Shown: piece after piece, positions 10,182 to 26,173 of the stretch
Position numbering within the stretch: position 1 is the stretch's first letter
How the letters are laid out: every line of letters starts with the position of its first letter
Assembly (NCBI RefSeq): GCF_009914755.1
Contig: NC_060929.1
DNA from: the human T2T-CHM13v2.0 reference genome, Homo sapiens
Strand: one strand, 5' to 3'
Length of the DNA: 64,000 bases
The notes under the pieces: generated by a model
Database searches by the model: none
Seen by the model: the letters and a program-made list of their open reading frames with translations, nothing else
Told to the model about the DNA's origin: nothing
Program-made: the position numbers and the translations under genes

Positions 10182-10829
10182 TGTGGTGAGCAGAATAGTG
10201 GTCCCTGAAAGATGTCCATGCCCTAATCCTTGGAACCTGTGAGCCTTTTACCTCACATGGCAGAAGGGACTTCGCAGTTATAATGAAGTTGGGAATCTTA
10301 ACGTGAAGATACTATGCTAGATTATCCAGCAGGCCCAATCACAGGGGCCCTTATAACAGAGAAGTGGAGATCCAGAGTATAATTTAAAGATGCTATGGGG
10401 AAGGACTGAAGATGGAGGTAGGGGCCAGCGACAAGCTAAGGAATGCAGGTGGCCTCTTGAAGTTGAAAAAAGAAAGGGGACAGATCTCTCTCCCTTAGAG
10501 CTTCTGGAAGAATGCATCACTGCCAACATCTTGATTTTTTTAAATTTTTTTAAAGATGGAGTCTTACTCTGTCACCCAGGCTGGAGTGCAGTGGCATGAT
10601 CATAACTCACTGCAGCCTTGAACTCCTAGGCTGAAGCAATCCTCGCACCTCAGCCTCCTGAGTAGCTGGGACCACAGGTATGAGCCACTGCACCTGGCTC
10701 AAAAACTTGATTTTAGTCCAGTGAAGCCCATTTCAGACTCCAGTACTTTGGTAAGGTATTACATTTGTGTTGTTTTAAGCCACTAAGTTTGTGGTGCTTT
10801 GTTAAAGCAGCAACAGAAAACTAGTGCAC
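10182..10829 (+). mobile_element. MLT1C/D MaLR LTR with nested reverse Alu monomer (~10545-10699)
   Basis: tgtggt...cagaatagtggtccc...aagatgtccatgccctaatcc; ends tttaagccactaagtttgtgg...agcaacagaaaact. Confidence 0.75.
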
Positions 10830-11384
10830 CAGTTTACATAATAGGTGATTAAATCAAATTATTATAAATGCAACGAGCATCAACTGGTTTGGGAACTAAT
10901 GCAAATTATCCTTGGGAAACATATAACTCAACTTTTGAGACCAAAAGTCTACCAATGAATAAGTGAGGTGTACTAGCAGTGATTATTCAGGATGCTGTGG
11001 ATATTAATTAGCATGTTTTATGAAAAAATTGAGATTACTCACTAATCCAGCCAGCCAATCTCTTAATCCAGAAAGAGACCATTTATTTTCATGGCTAACT
11101 TTTATTTGAATCACTACCTGCCAGGGACTATGCTAATTATTTTTACAATGACTCTATAAATATATACCATTATCAATTATATTTTACCATGAGGAAACTT
11201 AAATTCAGAGTGATTAAATAACTTGTCTAATCACATAGTTAGTAAATGGCAGACTAACTAAGGAACACGTGAACTATGATCCACTAATGTGAAAGCTTAG
11301 GCTTTTAAGGCTCCTGCTGAATCTGAGTTTCTCTATTTCCCAGAAGCTAACGGAAATGTTTCATTTCACAGATAAAAAGCTACA

Positions 11385-11693
<309 letters not shown>

Positions 11694-14600
11694 CTAACTC
11701 ATCTTAACTCCAACAATGTAGTAGTCAAGATCACAGCAAGAAATAGAATAACCATACTGGATAATTGGGAGGGAGTTTAATAAAGGGCTTTTACAAAGAT
11801 GCATTTTTATACACACTCAGAAACACAAGTGAGTCATAACATAGTTTACTCCACCTCAGAGAAAGAGGGAAAATAAGATTTGAGACAGTGACATGACATA
11901 GTGTAAAGAACATAGTTTGTGATAAGGAAGCATAACTCAAGAAGTATACAGATATTTCATGACTGGAGAAAAAAAGAAAAAGAAAGAAGTATAAAGACAT
12001 TTATCTTTGGTGTATTTAGCATTACATGACATTACTATGCAATTACATTTTAGGTGTGATAAGTATGTGGCCATGTAGTGATTCCTCTTTAGCCACTTAG
12101 TACCTGTGTGCTCCTGGACAAGTCACTTACCCACTGTGAGCCTTTGATCCTTCATCTTAAATCACCTGCTACCATCTTCACACGGTTGCTTTGGGGATTA
12201 AATGAGATAAGGCATGTGGAAGTGCTTAATCAACTAAAGCACCCTCTACAGATGTAAGGGATTGCAATTACGTGTGAACTAAGTGAAATGGATGATCAGC
12301 ATGACCGAACACATTGTGAGACTAAAACAATCTTACTCGGCGCTCTCTCTGAAGTGAGTAGAATTTTAGCTCATCAGAGAAATGCCAGATTTTGTTTAAA
12401 ACCTTGCTGATATTAAAGGTTTGTCACCCAGGACCTCTCATCACTGCCTCTGACATCTGGGAAATGCAAATTGAGCATCATTTTAAAATAAAACAAGATG
12501 ACAAATTAAAGTCTGGGCAGGTTCCTTTGCAATTACAACCTAACACTGCAACTGGTTCTTGTTAAAATGGTTTCATTAAATCCAGGTCTTTAATTCCCTC
12601 TTGCAATGTATAGTATTTAACTGTTGCTATACAGTGGGATCACATATTTGTTATAAAAATAAAGTGCTAAAAATCACAAGCCTTTGGTCTTTGTGCTCTT
12701 TAATGTTTCAATTGAGTTCTTTGCATTTGTCAGCCTGTCTTATTTATTCTTCATTGTCAGAATGATGAGGAATCAAACCTCACAGAGGGTAACTAACTTT
12801 CCCAAGAACACACAGCTCTAAGACAGTGACTACTAGCCTCAAGTGATATTAGCCTCAAGTGACTATTTGAATTCAAATCTGAATTACTTAAGATTATATA
12901 AAATTAGTCATAATGAGTAGACTATTCAGACTTGTTCTTTGATGAAGAGGTTTTTGTTTGACTCTATGATCTATCTGGTGAGCCAGAATACATGCTAACT
13001 GAATAGGGGAGAGGATTTTTAAAATTTTTCATCTTCCATACTTCTGAGCAAAATATTTGTTAAACCCTGTAAAGGGACAGAGGGCAGCAGATAGATGAGC
13101 AACTGATGTGGAAGGTAATTCCCCAAAAAAAATATGTAAATGATCAATAAATAGATGAAAAACTCTTCATCAGCTTCATGGGAAAACAGACTTTGTTTTG
13201 TGAACCCAGAGAGCTTGGCACATAGGAGATGCTCAATCGTTGTGGACAAGATGAATAAACATTCCTAGTAATCAAATAAGTGCAAGATAAAACCATAATT
13301 AGATGTCTTTATTCATCTAACAGATGATCAAAATTTCAATGTTGCTTTTCATGATAAAATCTAATGTCAGAGCTCAGGAGAAGACCTCAGGAACAATTTT
13401 ATTTTGGGAATTATTTAGAGGGTGGTGAAGAAAAAGAGAAGAGAATTGAAAGAGGATACATGGGAGAGAGGAAGAGATAAAAGGAAGAGAGAAGGAAAAG
13501 AGGAGAGAAAGAGAGACCGAGACTTTGAGTTCATCTATTTCAATTATCTTACTTTACAAATTTATTCAAGTTGGGACCAATTCTTGCCCTCAAGGAGTTT
13601 ACAGGCAAGCAGACGAGACAGGCTCTGAACAGTTATTACAAGAAGAAGTATAGGGTGCTAGGCGGGAGTATAACAGGGGACCCAGACTCGTGTGCTGGCT
13701 CAGAATGAGCATCTCAGAAGAAGCAATGCTTCCGCTGAGAAATAAAGGAAAAGTGGAACTTAAATAGAGGAATGCACGCAAAGATTTCAACTTCCAAAAA
13801 GTCAGTGGTGGTACAACTAAAATCCCTGGATGTTATTTATTTTAAAAAAAAAACAAAAACAAAAAAAATAAGAAGACTGTGAAATGTGGAGTGAAGAAGC
13901 TAGGAAACTTGGGACCCAAAGAACAACACTGCTGTAAGTTCCTTGAGTTTTATTTTTGCCTCACATATCCCAGGTACTAGAGAAGCTGGCAGCCTGAAAA
14001 CAGCAACAAGCACAGATAATTTTTTAAAAAGGATGGTCTCTCCAGGCAAAAGACCAGGAAAGAAGCAGTATTGCAAGGCAGAAATGTTTAGAAGATAACC
14101 TCTGTACTCCAGCTAAATACCATAGAAAAAAACTGACTCACCATAACCCACACTGGCAAGGGCCTAGACTTTCACCCTCACCAGGATGTAACGTCAGGGA
14201 GGGCGGGGGGCCAATCCTCCTGCCAGGGTGTTGCCAGAGAAGACCTAGTAGGGAGTTGGAAGTGTCATCCCACCAGCAGGTAATGAGCCCCACTGGAGAC
14301 TGTGAGGAGCCTGGACTTACACCCCACCTGGCAGAAGGAGATACCTCTTTCCTGCCGCACTGAGGTAGTTCTGGGAAAAGCCTAGTGAAGAGTTAAGACT
14401 TTCCCCAAACCCATAGTGACAGTGGAGGCCAGATAGGGAGCAATAATAAGACACTTCTACCCTTCCCAGGGTGATATCAGTGGAGTCTAGTGGGAAACCA
14501 GAACTCCCACTCCCATCAAATGGTAAAAGAAGAATCCACTGCCTCAGATGTCAACAGAGACTGAGTGGGAACCTTTATCTCCACATCTCAGTAACAACGT

Positions 14601-15640
14601 ATTGCCCACCCTTCCCCAGCTGGAGTAATGTCACAATAACCGAGCTAAAACAGATCATTTAAATAAGATTCATAACATAATACCCAAAATATCCAAGTTT
14701 CAATAAAAATATCACTCATATCAAGAACCAGAAAGATCTCAACCTGAAAGAAAAAAGGCAAGCAATGGATGCCAACATTAAGATGACAGACACATTAGAA
14801 TTATGTGGCAAACATTTTTAAGCAGCCATCACAAAAATGCTTTGGTAAGCAATTACAAACACACTTGAAACCAATGAAAGTAGAAAATCTGAGCAAAAAA
14901 ATAGAAGATATAAAGAGCCAAATGGAAAATTAGAACTGAAAAAAGACAGCCAAAATTTTTAAAAATGCAAGAGATGGGCTGAACATCAGAATGGGGAAAG
15001 GAAAGAATTGGTAAACTGGAAGATACAACAATAGAAATTACTCAATCTAAACAAGAGAGAGAAAATAAACTGAAAGAAAAAAGTAGACAGAGCTTCAAGA
15101 TATGTGGGACTAAAATAAAAGATCTAACTCCTGTCATCATAATTCCAAGAGAGAAGAAAAAGGGTGAGGCTCTTTGAGTGAGTACTCAAAGAAACAATAG
15201 TTGAAAACTTCCCAAATTTGGCAAAACACATACCTTTACAGATTCAAGAAGATGAGTGTTTCTAAACTGGCCAAACCCAAAGAAGCACATATCAAAACAC
15301 ATCATAGTCAAACTTCAACAAAAGTAAAGACAAAGAAAAAAATCTTAAAAAACTGTGAGAGGGAAACATCACTTTTCCTATAAGGGAAAAACAGTGGATT
15401 TATCATCAGAAACCATGGAGGCTACAGGAAGTGGCAAATTTTCAAGTGCTGAAAGAAAAGAATTATCAACCCAGAATCCTAAATATCCAGTAAAAATATC
15501 CTTCAGGAGTTAAGAGGAAATCAAGACACTTTCAGATGATGAAAAACTGAAAAAATTAGTCACCAGCAGACTACCCTAAAAGAATGGCTGAAGTATATTC
15601 TCTAAACATAAAAACAATTTAAATAAGAAATTTTGAGAGG

Positions 15641-15947
<307 letters not shown>

Positions 15948-16675
15948 TCAACAAGAAAGAAAGAATAAGGTAAGCAAAATATAAATAAATATAATAAACT
16001 TTCTCTTCTTGAGTCTTCTAAATTATGTTTAATAATTGTAGAAAAAAGTTACAACATTCTCTGTGGTCCCAGATGAATGTACAAGAAATATTTAAATAAT
16101 TGATTATAAACAGGAGAGGGTAGTAATGCAAAGGGAGGTAAGGTTTCTACATTTCACTGGGAGTGATAAAACAACCATATCCATAGGCTGTTTAAAGTTA
16201 TGTATATATAATGTAATATGTAGAGCAACCACCTAATTTTTTTAAAAAACTGTACAAAACAATTTACTCAAAAACATTACGTAAATTAATCAAATTATAA
16301 AATGTATCCAAATACCTAAAGAAAGTTTTTAAAAAAGAAAGAAAACAAAGAAAAAAATAGGACAAATAGAAAAATAAATAAAAAACATAAGCCCTATGTC
16401 AATAATTACATTAAATGTAAATGGCCAAAATACACAAATTAAGTCATAAACTGGAAGAGTGGCTTAAAAACCATGACTCAATCATATGCTATTAACAAGA
16501 AACTCACATGAAATATAATCACACAGGCAGGTTGAAAGTAAAAAGATTTAAGTATATATATCATACAAACACTCATAAAGGAAGTAGGAGTGGCTATATT
16601 AATACAGTTAAAGTAGATTTAGTGCAAAGAAAAGTACTAGGGATAGAGTCATTATATAATAATGACAGGATTTAT

Positions 16676-16678
<3 letters not shown>

Positions 16679-16727
<49 letters not shown>
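16679..16727. repeat. (TA)n microsatellite
   Basis: Perfect TA run. Confidence 0.95.
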
Positions 16728-16730
<3 letters not shown>

Positions 16731-16980
16731 CCTAAATGTGTATGCACCATACAACAGAGCTGCAAAATATGTGCAGCAAAAATTTATAGAACTGAAAGGA
16801 GAAATACAGAAATCATTATAGGTGGTGACTACAAAACGTTCTCTCAACAATTGGTACAACACCTAGATAGAACATCAACTAGGATATAGAAGAATGCAAT
16901 AACACTATTGAAAAGAATCTAACTAGCGTTTATAAAACATTTTACCCAACAACATGAGAATAAATATTCAAGTACCCATG

Positions 16981-18580
16981 AAATATATACAATATATATA
17001 AATATATATATTTTATATATAAATATATATATTTTATATATAAATAAAATAAATATATATTTTATATTTAATATATTTATATTAAATATAATATAAATAT
17101 ATTACATTAAATATTATATATAAATATATTATATATTTATGTATAAATATATAATATATTTATACATATCTTTATACATATATGTATATACATTATACAT
17201 ATATACAAATATATATTTATCTATAAATATATATGTATATATATTTATCTATAAATATATATGTATATATATTTATCTATAAATATATATGTATATATAT
17301 TTATCTATAAAGTATATATTATATATTTGTGTATAAATAAAATATATATTATATATTTGTATACAAATAAAATATATATTATATATTTGTATACAAATAA
17401 AATATGTATATTATATATTTATGTATAAATAAAATAAATATACATATTTTATGCTTTACATATAAATATATAATATATAAATATATAATATATAAATATG
17501 TAAAATATATAAATATATATTTTATTTATATATAATATATAATATACAGATATAAATATATATAAAATATATAAATATATAATATATAATATAAATATAT
17601 AATATATAAATAATATATATTTATATTTTATGTATATATAAATAAATTATATATAAATAATTTATTTATAAATAAATTATTTATATATAAATTTTATTAA
17701 TAAATAATTTATTTATATATAAATTTTATTTATAAATTATTTATATATAAACAAAATTTATTTATAAATAATTTATTTATATATAAACAAAATTTATTTA
17801 TAAATAATTTATTTATATATAAACAAAATATTTATAAATAAATTATATATAAAATTTATTTATAAATAATTTATTTATATATAAAATTTATTTATAAATA
17901 ATTTATTTATATATAAAATTTATTTATAAATAATTTATTTATATATAAAATTTATTTATAATTTATATATAAATTTATATATAAATAAAATTTATTTATA
18001 TATAATTTATTTATATATTAATTTATTTATATATAAATAAAATTTATTTATAAATAAAGTATTTGTATATAAATTTATTTATAAATATACAAATATTTAT
18101 ATAATATATAAAACATTTTTATAATTTTAATTAAATTTAATAAATTTAACAAATAAATAATTTAATTTAAATTTATATATAAATAAACAAATACATTTAT
18201 TATAAATAAATAAATAAATAAATTTATTTAATTATAAATAAATTTATTTATTATAAATAATAAATTTATAAGTAAATAAATTTATTCATTAATAATAAAT
18301 AAATTTTATTAATTTATTTATAATTATATGTAATTATATATTATAATTACATATAATTATATATAAATAAAATTTATTTATTTATTATATATAAATTTAT
18401 TTATTAATTATAAATTTATATATAAATAATTATATATAAATAAATATACATTTTTATTTATATATAAATAAAATATATTTTTATATAAATAAAATATATA
18501 TTTTTAATACAAATAAAATATATATTTTTATATAAATATTTATATATATAAATAAAAATAGATATTTTTTTTTTTTTTCT
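16981..18580. repeat. ~1.6-kb almost pure A/T compound minisatellite
   Basis: Very few G/C; 28-mer atatatttatctataaatatatatgtat x3, ~30-mer aaataaaatatatattatatatttgtatac x3, many ataaataatttatttatatata units. Confidence 0.95.
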
Positions 18581-19365
18581 GGCTACATCCTACGCCAGAA
18601 AACAAAGCTCAACAAATTTAAAGACTTGAAATAGTACAGAGTTTTTTCTAACTCAGTAGAATCAAACCAGAAATCGATAACAGAAAGACAGTTGGGAAAT
18701 CTCCAAACATTTGGAAATTAAACAACAAACTTCTCATTAATCTAGGAGCCAAAGAAGTCTCAAGGGATACCAAAAAAAAAAAAAAGAACTAAATTTAAAA
18801 GAAAACATACCATATCATAATGTGTGGAACAGAATTAAAGCAGTTAGAAAGAGAATTTATAGCACTATATGCATACATTATAAAAGAAAAAAGTCTCAAA
18901 ACAATAATCTAAGTTCCCACCTCAAGATCAAGAAAAAGAAGAGAAAATTAAGCCCAAAGCAAGCAGAAGACAGAAATAATAAAGATAAGAGCAGAAATCA
19001 ATGAGATATAGCAGAAAAGCCATACAGAAAATTAAACTAAGAACTGCTTATTTGAAAAGATCAATAAAATTAAACTTCTAGCAAGACTGACAAAGAACAA
19101 AGACAGAAGATACAAATTGCCAATATCAGGAATAAAATGGGTTATCACTAAAAACCAGGCAGGATAATAAGGAAGTACTATTTGACCAAAACTTGACAAC
19201 TTAGATGAAATTGACCAATTTCTCAAAAAATATAAATTACTTCAACTTATCCAATATGAAATAGAACATTTGAATAGCCCTTTCAAGTATTAAGAAAATT
19301 AGGGGGCGGGGCTAAAATGACGGACTAGAAATGGGGGTGATAGAGGCTCCTATGCAAAAGAATCT

Positions 19366-19874
<509 letters not shown>

Positions 19875-20984
19875 CTACCCAGCGTGGAAACCGTGCTTTT
19901 TCCACGAAACTGTGCAACCCGTGGGTCGAAAGATCCCACTGGCGAAACCACGCTACAGAGGCCTGGGGTCCCAACCCTGGAGCCATGCAGATTCTCAACA
20001 GCCTCTCAGCCTCTCAGCTGGAATCTACTTAAGCCTACCCAGCTCCCAGGGGGAGGGACAACCACCATCATAGCTGCAGCTGCCTGCTGTCTAAGCCATT
20101 TGAGCTCCTTGGGGGAGGAGCAGTGGCCAGCATTGGGACTCACAACTGCCTAACACGCTAAGCTCCCTGGGCCGGGGAAGGGCAGCGCCCATCTCCATAG
20201 CCCCAGGCCATGCTTTTCCCTGCTGCAGCCAGGGAGGCTGGACAGCTTGGTCCCAAGATGTATCCCCCATAGCCCAACACACCAGCTGTGGCAGACTGTG
20301 GCCAGAGTGCCTCTTCAGGCCTGACCCTGACTCATCCTTCCTCATTGGGTAGGGCTTCCCTGCAGGAACTCCAGTAACTCCATCCAGAGGCTCAGGGACA
20401 GAACCCAGATCTCCCTGGGCCTGAGCCCCTCAGGGGAGGGGTGGCCACAGTCTCTGCAGACCAGGAGACTTAGCCTTTTCTCCTGCGGACCAGCAGACTT
20501 AGTCTTTCCTCAGACTTAGTTCTGAGGAATCTGGGCAGACCAGACGAGGGGTTTCCCCCCATTGAAGCACATCCACTCCACCAAAGGACAAAGTGCTTCG
20601 TTAAATGGGTCCCGTTCCCTGTGCCACTCAACTGGGTGAGACCCTCCAACAGGGGTTGTGAGACACCCTGTACAGAAGGAATCCTACTGGCATCAGGTTG
20701 GTGCCCCTTGAGGTCAGAGATCCCAGAAGAAAAAGCAGCACCCATCTGTGACATTTTCCAGCCTTCTTGAGTGACATCGCCAGGCGCGGTAGTGAACCAG
20801 ATGAATAGGGCCTGAAGTGAACCCCCAGCAAACCACAGCAACCCTACAGAAGAGGGACCTCACCATTTAAAGAAAAACAAACAGAAAGCAACAACAACAG
20901 TATCAACAACAACAGAAAGGCCGCACAAAAACCCTACCCAAGGGTCAGCATCCTCAAAGATCGAAACTAGACAAACTCACAGAG

Positions 20985-22320
20985 ATGAGAAAGCATCAAC
21001 AAAAAAACACCAAAAATCCAAAAGGCCAGAGTCCCTGTTCTCCTCCAAATGATTGCAACGTTTCTCCAGCAAGGGCGCATAATTGGACAGGGGATGAGAT
21101 GGAAGAATAGACAGAAGTAGGTTTCAAAAAATGGGTAAGAAAAAACTGTGCTGAGCTCAAGGAGCATGTTCTAACCCAATGCAAAGAAGCTAAGAACCTT
21201 GATAAAAGGTTAGAGGAGCTGCTAACTAGAAAAACCAGTTTAGAAAGGAACATAAATGATCTGATGGAGCTAAAAACACAGCATGAGAACTTTGTAAAGC
21301 ATACACAAGTATCAATAGCTGAATCGACCAAGCAGAAGAAAGGATATCAGAGTTTGAAGACCATCTTGCTGAAATAAGGCATGCACACAAAACTAGAGAA
21401 AAAATAATTAGAAGGAATGAACAAAGCCTTCAAGAAATATGGGACTCCATAAAAAGACCAAACCTATGATAGACTGGAGTATCTGAAGGAGATGCGGAGC
21501 ATGGAAACAAGCTGGAAAACACACTTCAGGATATTATCCAGGAGACCTTCCCCAACCTAGCAAGACAGGCCAACATGCAAATTCGGAAATAGAGAGAACA
21601 CCACTAAGATATTCCATAGCAGATCAACCTCAAGACACATAATTATCAGATTCTCCAAGGTTGAAATGAAGGAAAAAATGTTAAAGGTGGCCAAAAAGAA
21701 AAGCCAGGTCACCTACAAAGGGAAGCTCATCAGACTAACAGCAGACGTCTCAGCAGAAACTCTACAAGCCAGAAGATACTTGGGGCCAATAGTCAACATT
21801 CCTAAAGAAAAGAATTGGGCCAGGTACGGTGGCTCATGTCTGTAATCCCAGCACTTTGGGAGGCCGAGGAGGGCAGATCACCTGAGGTTTGCAGTTTGAG
21901 ACCAGCCTAGCCAACATGGTGAAATCCCGTCTCTACTAAAAATAGAAACAATTAGCTGGATATTGTGGTGGGCACCTATAATCCCAGCTACTCAGGAGGC
22001 TGAGGCAGGAGAATCGCTTGAACCCAGGAGGCAAGGTTCCAGTGAGCCAAGATCACACCATTGCACTCCACCCTGGGTGATAAGAGTGAAACTTCATCTC
22101 AAAAAAAAAATGAAAAAAATGAAAAGAATTTTCAATCCAGAATTTCATATCCAGCCAAACTAAGCTTCATCAGCAAAGGAAAATAAAATCCTTTCCAGAC
22201 AAGCAAATGCTAAGGGATTTAGTTACCACCAGGCCTGCCTTGCAAGAGATCCTGAAAGAAGCACTAAATATGGAAAGGAAAAACTGGTACAATCCACTGC
22301 AAAAACACACCAAAATATAA
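20985..22320 (+). pseudogene. L1 ORF1 (disrupted)
   Basis: ATG AGA AAG...; QVTYKGK, ALNMERKNWY motifs; stops and an Alu insertion. Confidence 0.85.
21818..22120 (+). mobile_element. AluS in L1 ORF1
   Basis: Perfect 10-bp TSD gaaaagaatt (21807-21816, 22121-22130). Confidence 0.93.
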
Positions 22321-22383
22321 AGACCAATGACACTGTGAAGAAATCGCATCAACTAGTGCGCAAAATAACCAGCTAGCATCATG

Positions 22384-25300
22384 ATGACCAGATCAAATTC
22401 ATATATAACAATACTAACCTTAAATGTAAATGGGCTAAATGCCCCAATTAAAAGACACAGATTGGCAAATTAGATAAAGAGTCAAGACCCGTCGGCGTGC
22501 TGTATTCAGGAGACCAATCTCACATGCAAAGTCACACATGGGCTCAAAATAAAGGGATGGAGGAAAATTTACCAAGAAAATGGAAAGCAAAAAAACAAAC
22601 ACAAAAACAAAACAGGGATTGAATTCCTAGTCTCTGACAAAACAGACTTTAAACCAACAAAGATCAAAAGAGACAAAGAAGGGCATTACACAATGGTAAA
22701 GGGAACAATTCAACAAGAAGAGCTAACTGTTCTAAATATATATATGTACCCAATACAGGAGCACCCAGATTCATAAAACAAGTTATTAGAGACCTACAAA
22801 GAGACTTAGACTCCCACACAATAATAGTGGGAGCCTTTAACACCCCACTATCAATATTAGACAGATCAACAAGACAGAAAATTAACAAAGATATTCAGGA
22901 CTTGAACTCAGCTCTGAATCAAGTGGACTTAACAGACATCTACAGAACTCTCCACCCCAAATCAACAGAATATACATTTTTCTTACTGCCACATGGCACT
23001 TATTCTAAAATAGATCACATAATTGGAAGTAAAAAACTCCTGAGCAAATGCAAAAGAATGGAAATCATAACAAACTGTCTCTCAGACCACAGTGCAATCA
23101 AATTAAACTCAGGATTAAGAAACTCCCTCAAAACCACACAATTACATGGAAATTGAATGACCTGCTCCTGAATGACTCCTGGGTAAATTACAAAATTAAG
23201 GCAGAAACCAAGAAGTTCTTTGAAACCAATGAGAACAAAGAGACAATGAACCAGAATCTCTGGGACACAGCTAACACAGTGTTAAGAGGGAAATTTATAG
23301 CACTAAATGCCCACATTAGAAAGCTAGAAAGATCTCAAATCAACACCCTAACATCACAATTAAAAGAGCTACAGAGGCAGGAGCAAACTAATCCAAAAGC
23401 TAGCAGAAGACAAGAAATAACTGAGATCAGAGCAGAGTTGAAGAAGATAGAGACATCAAAAACCCTCTAAAAAAAAAAATCGATGACTCCAGGAGCTGTT
23501 TAAAAAAAAAAAAATTAACAAAATAGCAGCTAGACTAATAAAGAAGAGAGAAGAATCAAATAGACACAATAAAAAATGATAAAGGGGATATCACCACTGA
23601 CACCACAGAAATATAAATTACCATCAGAGAATACTAAAAACACCTCTATGCAAATAAACTAGAAAATCTAGAAGATATGGATACATTCCTGGACACATAT
23701 GCCCTCCCAAGACTAAATCAGGAAGAAGTTGAATCCCTGAATAGACCAATAACAAGTTCTGAAATTGAGGCAGTAATAAATGGCCTACTAACCAAAAAAA
23801 GCCCAGGACCAGATTGATTCACAGCCGAATTCTACCAGAGGTACAAAGAGGAGCTGGTACCATTCCTTCTGAAAATATTCCAAACAATTAAAAAGGAAGG
23901 ACTCCTCCCTAACACATTTCATGAAGCCAGCATCATCCTGATACCAAAACCAGGAAGAGATACAACAAAAAAAGAAAACTTCAGGCCAATATCCCTGATA
24001 AACATCGATGCAATAATCCTCAATAAAATACTGGCAAACCAAATCCAGCAGCACATCAAAAAACTTATCCGCCATGATCAAGTGGGCTTCCTCCCTGGGA
24101 TGCAAGGCTGGCTTAACATATGCAAATCAATAAACAAAATCCATCACATAAACAGAACCAAAGACAAAAATCACTTGATTATCTCAATAGATGCAGAAAA
24201 GGCCTTTGATAAAATTCAACATCCCTTCATGTTAAAAACTCTCAATAAACTAGGTATTGATGGAACATATCTCAAAATAATAAGAGCCATTTATGACAAA
24301 CCCAAAGCCAATATCATATTGAAGGGACAAAAGCTGGAAGCATTCCCTTTGAAAACTGGTAAAGACAAGGATGCCCTCTCTCACCACTCCTATTCAACAT
24401 AGTATTGGAAGTTCTGGCCAGGGCAATCAGGCAAGAGAAAGAAATAAAGCGTATTCAAATAGGAAGAGAGGAAGTCAAATTGTCTCCGTTTGCAGACGAC
24501 ATGATTTTATGTTTAGCGAACCCTTCATCTCAGCCCAAAACTTCTTAAACTGATAAGCAACTTCAGCAAAAATCACAAGCATTGCTTTACGTTAACAATA
24601 GACAGAGAGCCAAATCATGAATGAACTCCCATTCACAAATGCTACAAAGAGAATAAAATACCTAGGAATATAGCTAACAAGGGATATGAAGAACGTCTTC
24701 AAGGAGAACTACAAACCACTGCTCAAGGATATAAAAGAGGACACAAACAAATGAAGAAACATTCCATTCTCATGGATAGGAAGAATCAATGTCCTGAAAA
24801 TGGCCATACTGCCCCAAGTAATTTATAGATTCAATGCTATTCCCATCAAACTACCATTGACATTCTTCACAGAATTAGAAAAAACTACTTTAAATTTCAT
24901 ATAGAATCAAAGAAGACCCTGTATGGCCAACACAATCCTAAGCAAAAAGAACAAAGCTGGAGGCAACACGCTACCTGACTTCAAACTATACTACAAGGCT
25001 ACAATAACCAAAACAGCATGGCACTGGTACCAAAACAGATATACAGACAAATGGAACAAAACAGAGACCTCAGAAATAACACCACATATCTACAACCATC
25101 TGCCCTTTGACAAACCTGACAAAAACAAGCAATGGGGAAAGGATCTCCTATTTAATAAATGGTGCTAGGAAAACTGGCTAGCCATATACAGAAAACAGAA
25201 ACTGGACCCCTTCCTTACACCTTATACAAAAATTAACTCAAGATGGATTAAAGACTTAAATGTAAAACCCCAAACCAAAAAAACTCCAGAAGAAAACCTA

Positions 25301-26173
25301 GGCAATACTATTCAGGACATAGGCGTGGGCAGAGACTTCATGACAAAAACAGCAAAATCAATTGCAACAAAAGCCAAAATTGACAAATGGGATCTAATTA
25401 AAGAGCTTCTGCACAGCAAAAGAAACTATCATCAGAGTGAAGAGGCAACCTGCAAAATGGGATAAAATTTTTGAAATCTACCCATCTGACAAAGGTCTAA
25501 TATCTAGAATTTACAAGGAACTTAAACAAATTTACAAGAAAAAAACAACCCCATCAAAAAGTGGGCAAAGGATATGAACAGATACTTCAAAAGAAGACAT
25601 TTATGCAGCCAACAAACACAGAAAAAAAGCTCATCATCACTGATTATTAGAGAAATGCAAATCAAAACCACAATGAGATACCATCTCACACCAGTCAGAA
25701 TGGTGACTATTAAAAAGTCAAGAAACAATAGATGCTGGTGAGGCTGTGGAGAAATAGGAACACTTTTACAGTGTTGGTGGGAATGTAAATTAGTTCAACC
25801 ATTGTGGAAGACAGTATGGCGATTCCCCAAAGATCTAGAATCAGAAATACCACTTGACCCAGCAATCCCATTACTGGGTATATACCCTAAGGAATATAAA
25901 TCATTCTACTATAAAGACACAGGCACATGTATGTTTACTGCAGCACTGCTCACAATAGCAAAGTCATGGAACCAACTCAAATGCCTATCAATGATAGACT
26001 GGATAAAGAAAATGTGGTACATATACACTATGGAATACTACACAGCCATAAAAAAGAATGAGATCTTGTCCTTTGCAGAGACATGGTTGAAGCTGGAAGC
26101 CAACATTCTCAGCAAACTAACACAGGAACAGAAAACTAAACACCGTATGTTCTCACTCATAAGTGGGAGTTGA
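22384..26173 (+). pseudogene. L1 ORF2 (EN-RT, fragmented)
   Basis: [43 protein letters not shown] (~24489-24503), HRMFSLISGS*; many stops and frameshifts. Confidence 0.9.

Noticed and set aside
22384-26173. Active L1
   Set aside because: ORF1 is Alu-interrupted, and ORF2 has many stops, frameshifts and a deletion.
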